Virus record (IMG/VR): IMGVR_UViG_3300005466_000026
Coordinates: 1 to 64,000 of that record
Strand: one strand, 5' to 3'
Source of the DNA: a virus
DNA: 64,000 nucleotides
A program made the translations under genes and the position numbers. This document shows, piece by piece, positions 48,692-58,206 of the stretch. How positions within the stretch are numbered: the stretch's first letter is position 1; every line of letters starts with the position of its first letter. The notes under the pieces are model-generated. The model worked only from the letters and a program-made list of their open reading frames with translations, did no database searches and was not told the DNA's origin.

Positions 48692-49563
48692 GCGAACACT
48701 CCTCTTGGTCTGCCCTCGCCGTTCCTGACTCTCTCGTACTTGTCGAACTCGCAGAGCGTGTGCTCGACGTCTCGCATCTCCCACTTGGGCCACTGCCTCG
48801 GCCAGTTGCCCGGACTGCAACTGGCCGCGAGGATCAGCTGCATCTCCTCCAGCATCTTGGGCACCCTGACGCTCTTATCCTTCTTGTTCCTGCCGTGTAT
48901 CCGGTTCAGTCCGCGCCTCGCCCCCGGTCCCACGTTGCACCAGCTCATGATGTCGTTCGCGTCGCAGAGAAGGTTGGTGTGCCGCAGGTCCGTGACTATC
49001 TCGTACGAGTGAAATGTGCCGAGCCACGGCTGCATCTTGAACCAGAGCCAAGCCGTCTGCAGAGACATCTTCTCCTTAATCATCTGCTTGGCAGCGTCCC
49101 TCCATCCGCTCTCCTCTCTGAAGTTCTTCAGGATCTCCAGGATCCCGTCCAGCTTGGTGAAGCCGGGGGGAGAGGTTATGATGTACGCTCCGGTGACGTA
49201 GGGGCCGTCACCGCAGATCGCCTTGACGTCCTTCTTCATGCGTCGCAGGTCTCCGGTCTGCAGGAACACCGCGAAGGCGTTGTTCTTGTCGAAGTCCAGG
49301 TGATTGAAGATGGCCTCTCCCGTGCTGATCCTGTTGAACATGCGGAACACGACCGTGGCCAGTAGCACGTCCGGCGAGTCTCTCATCTCCTCCCTCACGT
49401 TGCGTCGGAACCAGTCAGTGGTCTTGTCCAGCTCCCGGAAGACGTTCGTGAACCTGTACTTCTGCAGGATCGGGTCCCTCGTCAGGGACGACTTCCCCTC
49501 CAGACGGTTCAGGTACACCTGATGTCGCTGCCTCGCGTAGTTGAAGAAGGACTGCATCGTCAT
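48688..49563 (-). CDS. aGPT-Pplase1 / 5-hmdU DNA kinase helical-domain protein
   Basis: 'DPILQKYRFTNVFRELDKTT', 'FRMFN', 'TGAYI', 'G.F..YE..TDL', 'GPGARRGL', 'VEH.LCEFDKY.R'. Confidence 0.85.
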   Translation of the reverse strand: MTMQSFFNYARQRHQVYLNRLEGKSSLTRDPILQKYRFTNVFRELDKTTDWFRRNVREEMRDSPDVLLATVVFRMFNRISTGEAIFNHLDFDKNNAFAVFLQTGDLRRMKKDVKAICGDGPYVTGAYIITSPPGFTKLDGILEILKNFREESGWRDAAKQMIKEKMSLQTAWLWFKMQPWLGTFHSYEIVTDLRHTNLLCDANDIMSWCNVGPGARRGLNRIHGRNKKDKSVRVPKMLEEMQLILAASCSPGNWPRQWPKWEMRDVEHTLCEFDKYERVRNGEGRPRGVFA

Positions 49564-50302
49564 GGCTCATCTCCAGTACATCTTTGAGTGGCTTAGAGTT
49601 CCAGAACTCGGCTACGTAGCGCTCCTCCTCGCCGAAGTCCTCCTGCCGCAGGATCCAGGACAGGTAGCTCCGGTCTATCTCCCTGACGTGCCTCCACTCC
49701 ATGCCCTTGTACTTGCCGAAGCCGATGATCCTCTGCAGATACGGAGTGTTGGTCAGCTGCACCAGCTCGTCCGCCGTCTTGAGCGTGAGCATTCGCAGGA
49801 CCAGCGTGGCGGTCGTCAGCGCGTCGGGCATCGCTCGGTGGGGAGGCCTGATGCAGTAGGGCACCGCGAGGTCCAGCCAGTATCGCAGCACCTGATTGGA
49901 GTGCCTCGGCGCGTCCGGCCACAGATGACGCGACGCCCTCCAGGTGCAGATCACCTTGACGCCCGGAGCCTCCTGCGTCAGCTTGTAGCCCGACTGCTCC
50001 AGCATCCGCAGATCGAAGTCCGCGTAGTGCATCGCCACGTACTGCGATGTCTTGATCTCCGTGAGGATGGACTTGTTGCGAGCCATCAGCTTGGCCATCG
50101 TGGGCGCGTGCTTCAGCTGATCGTCCGTGATGTGATGCACGGCTCTAGCTATCACGTTCATCGAACAGGTCGGCTTCACCAGCTGATCCCTTCCGAGTAT
50201 CATCTGCTGAGTCTCTGCGTCGACGGTCGCCACGGCCAGCTCGCACACCTGATCCTGCTCGCTGTCTCCCGTGGTCTCCGTGTCGACTACCGCTATCCGC
50301 AT
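49415..50302 (-). CDS. DEDDh 3'-5' exonuclease (exonuclease X-like)
   Basis: 'DTETTG', 'HYADFD', 'HRAMPD', C-terminal 'FGKYKG'. Confidence 0.85.
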   Translation of the reverse strand: MRIAVVDTETTGDSEQDQVCELAVATVDAETQQMILGRDQLVKPTCSMNVIARAVHHITDDQLKHAPTMAKLMARNKSILTEIKTSQYVAMHYADFDLRMLEQSGYKLTQEAPGVKVICTWRASRHLWPDAPRHSNQVLRYWLDLAVPYCIRPPHRAMPDALTTATLVLRMLTLKTADELVQLTNTPYLQRIIGFGKYKGMEWRHVREIDRSYLSWILRQEDFGEEERYVAEFWNSKPLKDVLEMSHDDAVLLQLREAATSGVPEPSGGEVVPDEGPDPAEVQVHERLPGAGQDH

Positions 50303-50439
50303 TCTTCATCTCCTCTGCGACGGATGAGAGCTGCGCTGACCACTTGGCCAGCGCAGCCCGACTCACTCCGCCGCGCTCCAGAGTGAGGGACAGCTGTCCC
50401 GCAACTCTGGCAACGTGACGGTGCCACTGCTGTATCTTC

Positions 50440-50775
50440 TCACGCATCGTCCATCTGCTTGACCAGCGACCGACAGTACGCGTCGCAGATCATCTTCATC
50501 AGATTTCTGCGCGGAAGCGACAGATCCGACCACAAGCTCACCTCTACGGACACGTTACGCAGGAAGTCTCGCACCTCGTCGGCAGGCTTGATCATCAGTC
50601 CCTTGGGATCTCGGGCATCCCATCCGCTGTCCAGCAGTGCGACCGCGACTTCGTCCACCGTCAGTTGACCGAGCATCGTCTGTCTGATCTTGGCTCGGAC
50701 GTCTCGGAAGCGGAACGCTGTTACGTTACCTGACTTTGACTTGCCCATCATCTTCTCTCCTATAGCCACTGACAA
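50440..50775 (-). CDS. Hypothetical protein
   Basis: Coupled ORF in the replication operon. Confidence 0.5.
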   Translation of the reverse strand: MSVAIGEKMMGKSKSGNVTAFRFRDVRAKIRQTMLGQLTVDEVAVALLDSGWDARDPKGLMIKPADEVRDFLRNVSVEVSLWSDLSLPRRNLMKMICDAYCRSLVKQMDDA

Positions 50776-52277
50776 CGTCTAGCTGAGTCTCGCTGTGGCT
50801 CCACGATGGTCAGCTTCTCCCGAGCGCGAGTGGCGGCCACGTACCAGACGCGCATCTCGTCCTCGGGGTTCTTCTGCATCTCCGCGAACGTGCGGGACGC
50901 CATCTCCTTCAGCAGGATCACGTGGTCGGCCTCGCCGCCCTTCGCTCCGTGTATCGTGCTGAGCGTCACTCGCGGAACGGCGGAGAGCTTCTCGCCTCGC
51001 TGCCGCGCCGCGCGAATGTGGTTCTTGTCTCCGGCCGGGATGAGGTCCAGCGCCTCGTGCCACGGATCCTCCCTGAGAAGCCCGCCGCTCTTCCTGAGCC
51101 ACTTGAGATCGACCACCGCGTCGTCCTCGGCCTTCGGCAGCGTCTTGAAGCCGCGCTTCACGCCGCGCTCCAGCGTCATCAGGCCGTAGATCCTGCGCAC
51201 CGCCTCCACGTCCACCGTCTGTCCCTTGCGCAGCCGCTCCCAGTTCTGGATGGCGTCCAGAGTCTTTCTGCTGATGGACCAGTGCTCGTGCGGCAGTCGG
51301 CGATAGACGATACCCTGCCGCTTGAGCGTCGGCTCTATCTGCTCGTTGAGAACGTATGCGTTTCGCGCGAGTATCAGGATCTGCCCGCTGCCGCAGTCCA
51401 CGCGGTCGAAGGACAGCGCTCGCTCGATCACGCCGTCTGCTCCTCGCCGCGGCGACCACGCCTTCTCTCGTCGATGCTTCACCCTGGATATGATCTTGTT
51501 GGCCACCTCCTGCACGGTGATAGGCACGCGATAGCTCTGTCCCAGAACCTCCACGTCGCCCCTCATGTCTATGAGGTGATCGACGTCGGCGCCAGCCCAC
51601 CGATAGATGGCCTGATCGTCGTCGCCGGCTACCGCCACTCTGTCGCATCCCTCCGCCAGACTCTCGACGACGCGCCACTGCAGATGGCTGAGATCCTGGC
51701 TCTCGTCTACGAACAGCTCCTTGAGATTAAGCCGGATGCCGCTGCGCACGAACTCCATCAGCATGTCCGTGAAGTCCATCAGGTGATAGGCCTCCTTGAA
51801 CTCCTGCAGCTTCTTGCTGAACAGAAGCAGCTGAGACTTGTTCAAGTTGTCGTCGTCGATGTTGTGCAGCCTGTTCAGCGGGATCTCGCGGATGCGCGAC
51901 AGGTTCTCCATGAACATGAGCCGGTCGCCCAGACTGTATCCGGTGTAGAGTCCGTCCTCTGACATCCCTCGGCCGGTGATCTCCACTCCGGCGTACTTGG
52001 CGAACTCCTGCATTCTCGCGCCAGCCAGAACGTCGCTGCGCTTCATGCCGAGCTGCTTGAAGCACATCGAGTGAAGCGTGCTGAAGAACGGGAAGTCCTT
52101 CCTCGTCAGGTTGAACTTCTTGCAGGCACGCTCCATCGCCTCGCTCGCGGCCTTGACCGTGAAGCTGAAGTATCCCAGACGATCTGGCGGCACGCCGCGA
52201 GCCAGCGCGTCCTCGACGAAGCTGATCAGCTTGGTGGTCTTGCCGGTTCCCGGTGGTCCCAGAACAATGTCTGTCAT
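50760..52277 (-). CDS. Superfamily 1 (UvrD/Rep-like) helicase
   Basis: 'GPPGTGKT', 'DESQD', 'GDDDQAIY', 'QSYR', 'STIHGAKGGE', 'YVAATRA'. Confidence 0.92.
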   Translation of the reverse strand: MTDIVLGPPGTGKTTKLISFVEDALARGVPPDRLGYFSFTVKAASEAMERACKKFNLTRKDFPFFSTLHSMCFKQLGMKRSDVLAGARMQEFAKYAGVEITGRGMSEDGLYTGYSLGDRLMFMENLSRIREIPLNRLHNIDDDNLNKSQLLLFSKKLQEFKEAYHLMDFTDMLMEFVRSGIRLNLKELFVDESQDLSHLQWRVVESLAEGCDRVAVAGDDDQAIYRWAGADVDHLIDMRGDVEVLGQSYRVPITVQEVANKIISRVKHRREKAWSPRRGADGVIERALSFDRVDCGSGQILILARNAYVLNEQIEPTLKRQGIVYRRLPHEHWSISRKTLDAIQNWERLRKGQTVDVEAVRRIYGLMTLERGVKRGFKTLPKAEDDAVVDLKWLRKSGGLLREDPWHEALDLIPAGDKNHIRAARQRGEKLSAVPRVTLSTIHGAKGGEADHVILLKEMASRTFAEMQKNPEDEMRVWYVAATRAREKLTIVEPQRDSARRCQWL

Positions 52278-52690
52278 GTGTTCAGCCCCAGATGTATCTT
52301 CTCTAGATTTCGCTTCGCGAAGTGCTCCGGACTCTTGGCCAGCACGCGACGAACCTCCGTCTCGAAGCACTCCTCGATCCTGTAGTTCAGCAGATGACAC
52401 AGCACCGACAGCGTCACCAGACAGCCGCCGACCTCCTGCTTCGGACTGCCGGTCGGTCGCTCGTACACGGTCTTGATCACCAGATGAAGAGTCTTCTCGT
52501 CGACTCCGGCGCACTGGCACAGCTCCACCGCCTCCTCTGCGAAGCGAAGCGAGCGAACAGAAAGGTTGGTCATGTGCTGCTCGCCGAAGCAGCGAACACC
52601 CCACTCGTACGATATCCTCTGCAGCGCGTCCACTATGCTCATGTTCTCATCCTTCCTGACTTGAAGCACTCCAGACATCTGTGCTTCCAC
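52274..52690 (-). CDS. MazG-like nucleotide pyrophosphohydrolase
   Basis: 'W....FG', 'RFAEEAVEL', 'QEVGG..VTL'. Confidence 0.55.
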   Translation of the reverse strand: MEAQMSGVLQVRKDENMSIVDALQRISYEWGVRCFGEQHMTNLSVRSLRFAEEAVELCQCAGVDEKTLHLVIKTVYERPTGSPKQEVGGCLVTLSVLCHLLNYRIEECFETEVRRVLAKSPEHFAKRNLEKIHLGLNT

Positions 52691-53108
52691 TGCTCCTCAC
52701 CGAGTTCCTTGTAGAACGCCCATCCAGCGCCGCGAAGCTTCAGGATGGCCTCGTCGAACGTGCTGACTCCTGTGTCTAAGGAATCCGGACAAGTGTCGCA
52801 GTGAAACACTACGTGCTCCTTTACCTGATCTATCGTCACGATCACCTCCTACGGCCAGTTCTTGTGAACGCAGCGTCCGCAGCCGTCCTCGCGACTAACT
52901 ATCTCCACCGAGTTGACGGCCTCGTAGTCGCAGAGATCTACGATTATTCTCTCCAGCTCCTCCGGCTCCAGCTTCGCGAATAGCTGCTGCATGGCCAAGT
53001 CCCTCAGTCCCTCGTTTGAGGTGTACGGCTGGTCGCCTCCAGACTGTCGCCAGATGCGACAGACGTAGTACGGCGTCTGCACTCGTATCATGTCCTCGAA
53101 CAGCATCG

Positions 53109-54707
53109 TCATATGTCCTGCTCCTCCCTGTCTATCTTCGGTGCGGTCAGCTCCATCAGTCCCTCTATCTTATCCGACGGAACGTACCAAGTCCTGATCC
53201 CGCGCTCGTTGTTGATATTGATGAAGTGCGCTCCGCCGCCCATCGCTCTTATCTTGGTGAGTATCTGGCCGCGCTTCAGGTCTCGAACACCCTCCTGCTG
53301 CAGATACTTCTCGAACGCCTTGATAGTGAAGTAGTATCGCTGCTCCTTTATCGACTCCCACGGTCTGCCCTCCATCAGGTCCTCTACCCGCTCCGCTCTG
53401 GCGCGGTTCGTGAGGAACTCCTCCAGATGCTCCTGAAACTTCCCCCCGGTTCCCGCGTCCGGGGGTGCCTCTATGAGGACGAGGCGGTCCATCGCCTCGG
53501 ACAGCACCGACAGCCAAGCGTCCTGCTTCATCGTCTTGAACGACTTGTTCACGCGGTTCATGCAGGCGCGATGGAAGCGCTGATACATCTGCAGGTCCTC
53601 GGTCGTGAGCTCGAGACGCTCCCCGAGGACGTCCGCGAACCATATCGGCGGGTCCGTGTCCAGCTTGCTGAGGCCGGTTATCACCGGGAACTCTCCGCCC
53701 TTGCCTATGCCGAACTTGCGCGTGCGACACAGCACGGAGTCGCAGAAGGAGCGCATCGGCTCCTCCTTGCAGGTGTACTCGTAGTCCTTCTTGCTGACGG
53801 ACCTGATGATGCCGCTCACCTCGTCGGTGGGCAGCGGAGGCTTGAAGAACATCTGGTTCGCTCGCTCCAGCCGCGCCTTCCAGTTCTCCGGATCTGCTCG
53901 CTTGTAGTACAGCGCCATCATGAACAGAGTGCGCTTGCGACCGTCCTTCTGGATCCCGGCGGAGGTGAGATGCTGCAGGCACGGCGGTCCGTTGGCGAAG
54001 TCGTCCTGAGCCTCGTTCTTGCCGCTGGCCTTGCCCTTGCCGGTTCCGTTGTAGGTCTTTCGCCTGGAGCGGCACAGCTCCGCGAACTCGGCGACGGTCG
54101 TCTGCTTCTTCTCCGCGAACGACACGAACTCGGCCATAGTCATCTCGGACCCGGTCTTCTTGAGGCCGTGCTGGTTCTGCAGCTTGCCTCCGAACGTGTC
54201 CCCGAAGTAGGGCATCACCATCCAGCTTCCGAGATCATTGCGCTCCACCAGGACGCGGGTCTGCTTGGGAAATATCTCGCAGTCGGCCATGCCCAGAGAA
54301 GCCGCAGCGTCTCTCAGCACGCCCTGAACGTCCGCAGCAGGCTCCGGCTCCTTGAGAAACAGGAACAGATGCAGACCACCGGACTTGGACCTGCAAGGAA
54401 CGAGGGGATACTTGGCTGTCTCGACGCGCTTGATCATCTCTATCAGGTCCACGTCGTACTCGTCGAAGTCTATGCTGCCCCACGAGCAGGAGTTGTCCTC
54501 GCGTATCGGTATCACGCCGAGAGGCCGCTTGCCCGCGACGTGCTGCTCCCACAGCTCGGGAGTCACCGGCTGGCGGAGCGTCTTGGCCGTTCGCTTGATG
54601 TTCCACTTCAGCCCCTCTGGATCCTTCTCCGGGACGCCGTGCGTGCCAGACGCACCGGCGAACCCAGCGAACAGATCCATCAGTCGCTGCGTCGCGTCTC
54701 TTGACAT
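53109..54707 (-). CDS. Archaeo-eukaryotic primase (prim-pol) with PriCT-like domain
   Basis: 'IDFD', 'RSKSGGLHLF', 'EIFPKQ', 'PPCL', 'PPLP..EV'. Confidence 0.85.
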   Translation of the reverse strand: MSRDATQRLMDLFAGFAGASGTHGVPEKDPEGLKWNIKRTAKTLRQPVTPELWEQHVAGKRPLGVIPIREDNSCSWGSIDFDEYDVDLIEMIKRVETAKYPLVPCRSKSGGLHLFLFLKEPEPAADVQGVLRDAAASLGMADCEIFPKQTRVLVERNDLGSWMVMPYFGDTFGGKLQNQHGLKKTGSEMTMAEFVSFAEKKQTTVAEFAELCRSRRKTYNGTGKGKASGKNEAQDDFANGPPCLQHLTSAGIQKDGRKRTLFMMALYYKRADPENWKARLERANQMFFKPPLPTDEVSGIIRSVSKKDYEYTCKEEPMRSFCDSVLCRTRKFGIGKGGEFPVITGLSKLDTDPPIWFADVLGERLELTTEDLQMYQRFHRACMNRVNKSFKTMKQDAWLSVLSEAMDRLVLIEAPPDAGTGGKFQEHLEEFLTNRARAERVEDLMEGRPWESIKEQRYYFTIKAFEKYLQQEGVRDLKRGQILTKIRAMGGGAHFININNERGIRTWYVPSDKIEGLMELTAPKIDREEQDI

Positions 54708-54728
54708 TGACCCTCCTAGAGAAGAAGA

Positions 54729-54836
54729 GAGTACGGCTCGGCCAGCGCAACCGACTTTCCCCGAAGCAGATCACCTAGGAGGGGTGATGGCAGTGCCCGC
54801 TGATTTAAGGCTGCCGATCTGCTCCAGACCGTACTC
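54729..54836 (-). ncRNA. Candidate multi-stem cis-regulatory RNA upstream of the primase gene
   Basis: Nested stems GAGTACGG/CCGTACTC, AGCAGATC/GATCTGCT, GGCAG/CTGCC, TCGG/CCGA fill the intergenic gap. Confidence 0.45.
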
Positions 54837-54844
54837 GGCCGGAA

Positions 54845-55678
54845 CTATGCTGCGTCGTCCACCTCACTGCCCGACGCAGGGGCTCCGGAACCGTCAGTGT
54901 CCTCCATCTTGTCGCTGACCTTCTCGCCAGACGCGAACGCGTCGTGCAGGGCCTCGGCGAGCTTGATCTCTTCCATTGTCTTGATCATGCCCTCCTTGGT
55001 GATCTCGAACTGATACCAGGAGTTCTCGCCGACAGTCCGCAGCTTGGTCTTCAAGCGCCAGTAGTACGCCCAGATCGGCGCTTCCTTGCCGCTGGGAGTT
55101 CTGAGATTGCCTAGCGCCGTCATCCAGTTGCGGCCGACCATGTGTCCGCTGCCGCTCAGCGGGATAGTATACGGAAGTAGCTTGCCGTCCTTCTTGACGA
55201 AGCCAGAGAACTCCCTGGACTCGTTGACGGTGTTGCCGTTCGGCATCTTCCACGCCTTGCGAATGCGACCATCGTCGCCCTCCACGTCCTCCAGCGTAGC
55301 CGTAGCCGGTCGGTCGACGTGACGCGCGACGAAGCCGCCGCGATCAGGCATCCACTCGATCCAGCACTTGGTGAAGTAGCACGGCAGAAACTCCATGCCC
55401 TGATCACCGTCGATGAGGGACTCGGAGGCCTCAGCGTTGCGCAGCCAGATCGAGCCGCCCTCCGCTCCCTCCACGTACTTGTCGTGTCCCTTCAGCGCGA
55501 CCTTGCTGTTGGCCTGCAGCAGATAGACGAGAGGTACGACGTTGTCCTCCATCTTCCTGCTGACGCCCTCTCCGGCGCGCTGATCCAGCGCGTCGAGAAC
55601 TCCTGCCTCAACTGGCAACTGATCCTTGACCTCAGTCAGTGCGGTCTTCTTTCCTTCGTCCTTATTTGGCTTTGCCAT
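54845..55678 (-). CDS. Probable single-stranded DNA-binding protein
   Basis: 'P..YLLQ..S', 'EW.P.RGG.V..H', acidic C-terminus; beside primase. Confidence 0.55.
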   Translation of the reverse strand: MAKPNKDEGKKTALTEVKDQLPVEAGVLDALDQRAGEGVSRKMEDNVVPLVYLLQANSKVALKGHDKYVEGAEGGSIWLRNAEASESLIDGDQGMEFLPCYFTKCWIEWMPDRGGFVARHVDRPATATLEDVEGDDGRIRKAWKMPNGNTVNESREFSGFVKKDGKLLPYTIPLSGSGHMVGRNWMTALGNLRTPSGKEAPIWAYYWRLKTKLRTVGENSWYQFEITKEGMIKTMEEIKLAEALHDAFASGEKVSDKMEDTDGSGAPASGSEVDDAA

Positions 55679-56297
55679 TCTTCACTTCCTCTTGTTTCTT
55701 GAGTTCTACTACTGGATAGACCGCTGCTCCCAAGAGATCCATGTCTGCAGGGGTCAGCGGCAGTCCGTCGGCGAATCGCCGACGGATCTCGGCGGTGAGC
55801 GTGCTGGCGTGCACTCCCACCTTGACTTCATAGTCCTTGATCTTCTGCTTCTTCAGCAGCGCGGAGAACTTCTTGGCCAGCTTGTCCTGACCCTTGCCGA
55901 ACTCCACCTTGAATGACGTCTTGGCCAGTCCGTGCAGCCATCTGAACTGCTTGAACGCCTTGGCGCGACGCTCGTCGTCCGGCAGCTTGGCCGAGTACAG
56001 CGTAACCAGCTTCGCGTCGTACGGCGGAAGATTGCCCTCCGCGCCTATGGACAGGCTCTTGACTCCCATGCTCTGAAACATGGACACCAGCTCACCGGAG
56101 ATCCTGAAGCTGCCCACGATGCTGGATCGCTTGTCTCTCAGCTCCTGCAGCCGCTCCTCAACCCCCGCTATCTCCAGATCAAGACCGCGAACCTCGGCGA
56201 TCTTGGTTCTCAGCTTCTTGAGACTGTCCTCGCTAACAGACCCGCCGCGCCTCTCGAGCGCGGCCTCGACGCCCGCGTCAATCTTCTGTGGCTTCAT
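55662..56297 (-). CDS. Hypothetical replication-module protein
   Basis: Coiled coil, 'F.KG.D', 'VH.STL.A'; first gene of the operon. Confidence 0.55.
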   Translation of the reverse strand: MKPQKIDAGVEAALERRGGSVSEDSLKKLRTKIAEVRGLDLEIAGVEERLQELRDKRSSIVGSFRISGELVSMFQSMGVKSLSIGAEGNLPPYDAKLVTLYSAKLPDDERRAKAFKQFRWLHGLAKTSFKVEFGKGQDKLAKKFSALLKKQKIKDYEVKVGVHASTLTAEIRRRFADGLPLTPADMDLLGAAVYPVVELKKQEEVKNGKAK

Positions 56298-56390
56298 GAG
56301 ATCCTCCTAAGTCCCCCAGTCTGCGCCAAGCCGGGGGCGAAGGCAAGAAGCCCTCTGGGCTTCGCTGCAGCCTTGGCGTAGGCTACCGGC

Positions 56391-58001
56391 ATGTTCAAGT
56401 CGAAGACAGAGCAGATGAGCCACCAGCGCGAGGCGCTGTCCGTTCGTCTAACCAAGCGACCCAAGCGTCCGTCCTCGGAGGACGTGATGGCTTGGCTCAT
56501 GGACAAGGGAACCGGCAAGACGAAGGTGATCCTCGACGAGTGGCAGGATCGCGTCGGCAGAGACGACCTGGAGGTGCTGGTCGTGGTCGCGCCGAAGGGA
56601 GCCTATCGCAACTGGTTCGAGGACAAGAGCGACATCCAGCGAGCCGAGATCAAGGTACATCTGGACGACGCGCTGCTCAAGAAGATGAGCTGGGCAGCGT
56701 GGACCTCCGGCGCAGAGAGCAGACGAAAGAGGGAGTTCCTGCTGAAGCAGAGGGGACCTCGCGCATTCTTCATCAACATCGAGGCGTTCAGCGGCGGCAG
56801 CAAGAAGGCGAAGGGAAAGGCGGAGGTCTACGTCGAGACGCTTCTTCGGTCGGTCCCGAAGGAGAGAGCCATGCTGGCTGTGGACGAGTCCACCAAGATG
56901 AGGGGCGACACGAACAGAACTGCCGCCCTGCAGCGACTGAGAGAGTTCGCGGGAACGCGGCGCATAATGTCCGGCCTCGTCACCCCCAAGTCGCCGCTGG
57001 ACTTGTTCAGGCAGTTCTCGTTTCTAGACTGGCGCATCCTCGGCATCGAGTCGCCGATAGAGTTCCGCAACCGATACGCCGTCATCGAGAAGCAGTGCTT
57101 CGTGCCGAACGCGATGCTTCGCGGCAAGCTGGCTCGCGTGTATCGCGGCGCACCGACTGACGTGCAGCGCATGACGCGCACCATGCTTCTGGACGAGCTG
57201 GAGAAGTATCGCGTCTACGTGCAGATGGTGCCGATCATCAAGAGCTACAAGAACCTTGACGAGCTGCACGCCAAGATCGCGCCGTACTCCTATCGCGTCC
57301 TGAAGGAGGAGTGTCTAGACCTGGAGCCGAAGGTGTTCATGACTCGAGACGTCGAGCTGACAGAGGAGCAGACGGAGCTCTACGAGTCCCTGCGCAAGAC
57401 GGCCACCGCCGAGCTGGACGGAGAGTTTGTGGTGGCCAAGGCCGTCGTCTCTCGGATGGTGAGGATGCATCAGATACTGTGCGGTCACGTGGGGGCTGAG
57501 ACTGGGAGGGTGCTGCCCGTCAAGTCTAACAGGGTCAGCGAGCTGCTGGAGGTTCTGGAGGATCACCGAGGCAAGGCCATCATCTGGTCGTGCTGGAGAC
57601 CAGAGATCGACAGCATCGTGCAGGCCATACGCAAGGAGTACGACGACGAGGACATCGTCGCGCAGTTTCACGGCGGGAACCCCAAGGAGCGAGTCGAGGA
57701 GGAGAAGCGGTTCTTGTCCGATCCCAGGTGCCGGTTCATGGTCAGCTCGCAGGCGACCGGGGGCTTCGGGAACACCTGGACGGTTGCTGATCTGGTTGTC
57801 TACTCGTCGAACAGCTACGATCTGGAGCTTCGCGACCAGTCCGAGGATCGGGCGCATCGCAAGGGACAGACGAAGAGAGTGACCTACGTGGACCTCGTGG
57901 CTCGCGGCACCGTGGACGAGAAGATAATATCCTGCCTCCGCCGCAAGATAGATCTAGCGGCGCAGATCACAGGCGACAACTACAGGGAGTGGCTCGTGTG
58001 A
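56391..58001 (+). CDS. SNF2-family (SF2) helicase
   Basis: 'MDKGTGKT', 'VDES', 'MSG', 'QSEDRAHRKGQ'. Confidence 0.9.
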   Translation: MFKSKTEQMSHQREALSVRLTKRPKRPSSEDVMAWLMDKGTGKTKVILDEWQDRVGRDDLEVLVVVAPKGAYRNWFEDKSDIQRAEIKVHLDDALLKKMSWAAWTSGAESRRKREFLLKQRGPRAFFINIEAFSGGSKKAKGKAEVYVETLLRSVPKERAMLAVDESTKMRGDTNRTAALQRLREFAGTRRIMSGLVTPKSPLDLFRQFSFLDWRILGIESPIEFRNRYAVIEKQCFVPNAMLRGKLARVYRGAPTDVQRMTRTMLLDELEKYRVYVQMVPIIKSYKNLDELHAKIAPYSYRVLKEECLDLEPKVFMTRDVELTEEQTELYESLRKTATAELDGEFVVAKAVVSRMVRMHQILCGHVGAETGRVLPVKSNRVSELLEVLEDHRGKAIIWSCWRPEIDSIVQAIRKEYDDEDIVAQFHGGNPKERVEEEKRFLSDPRCRFMVSSQATGGFGNTWTVADLVVYSSNSYDLELRDQSEDRAHRKGQTKRVTYVDLVARGTVDEKIISCLRRKIDLAAQITGDNYREWLV

Positions 58002-58206
58002 TGGTGACCAAGGAGAGATACGAGGGGGTCTGTCTCGACGGTCCACTGCAGGGCAAGATACTCGACTGCAAGTGGACGCGGTTCACCGTTAGCAAGCCGG
58101 TTGAGGAGAGTCCTAGATTTAGAACCTTCAGTAATCAGATAATTGGCGCGTATCAGTGGAACGATCTAACGCGCAAGTGGGAGTGGCAGCCACCGTGATC
58201 GCAGAC

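Noticed and set aside
41579-52690. 2-aminoadenine (Z) genome suggested by HD phosphatase plus MazG-like genes
   Set aside because: No PurZ/PurA-like gene in the window; both enzymes fit dTMP/dTTP depletion in an hmU pathway
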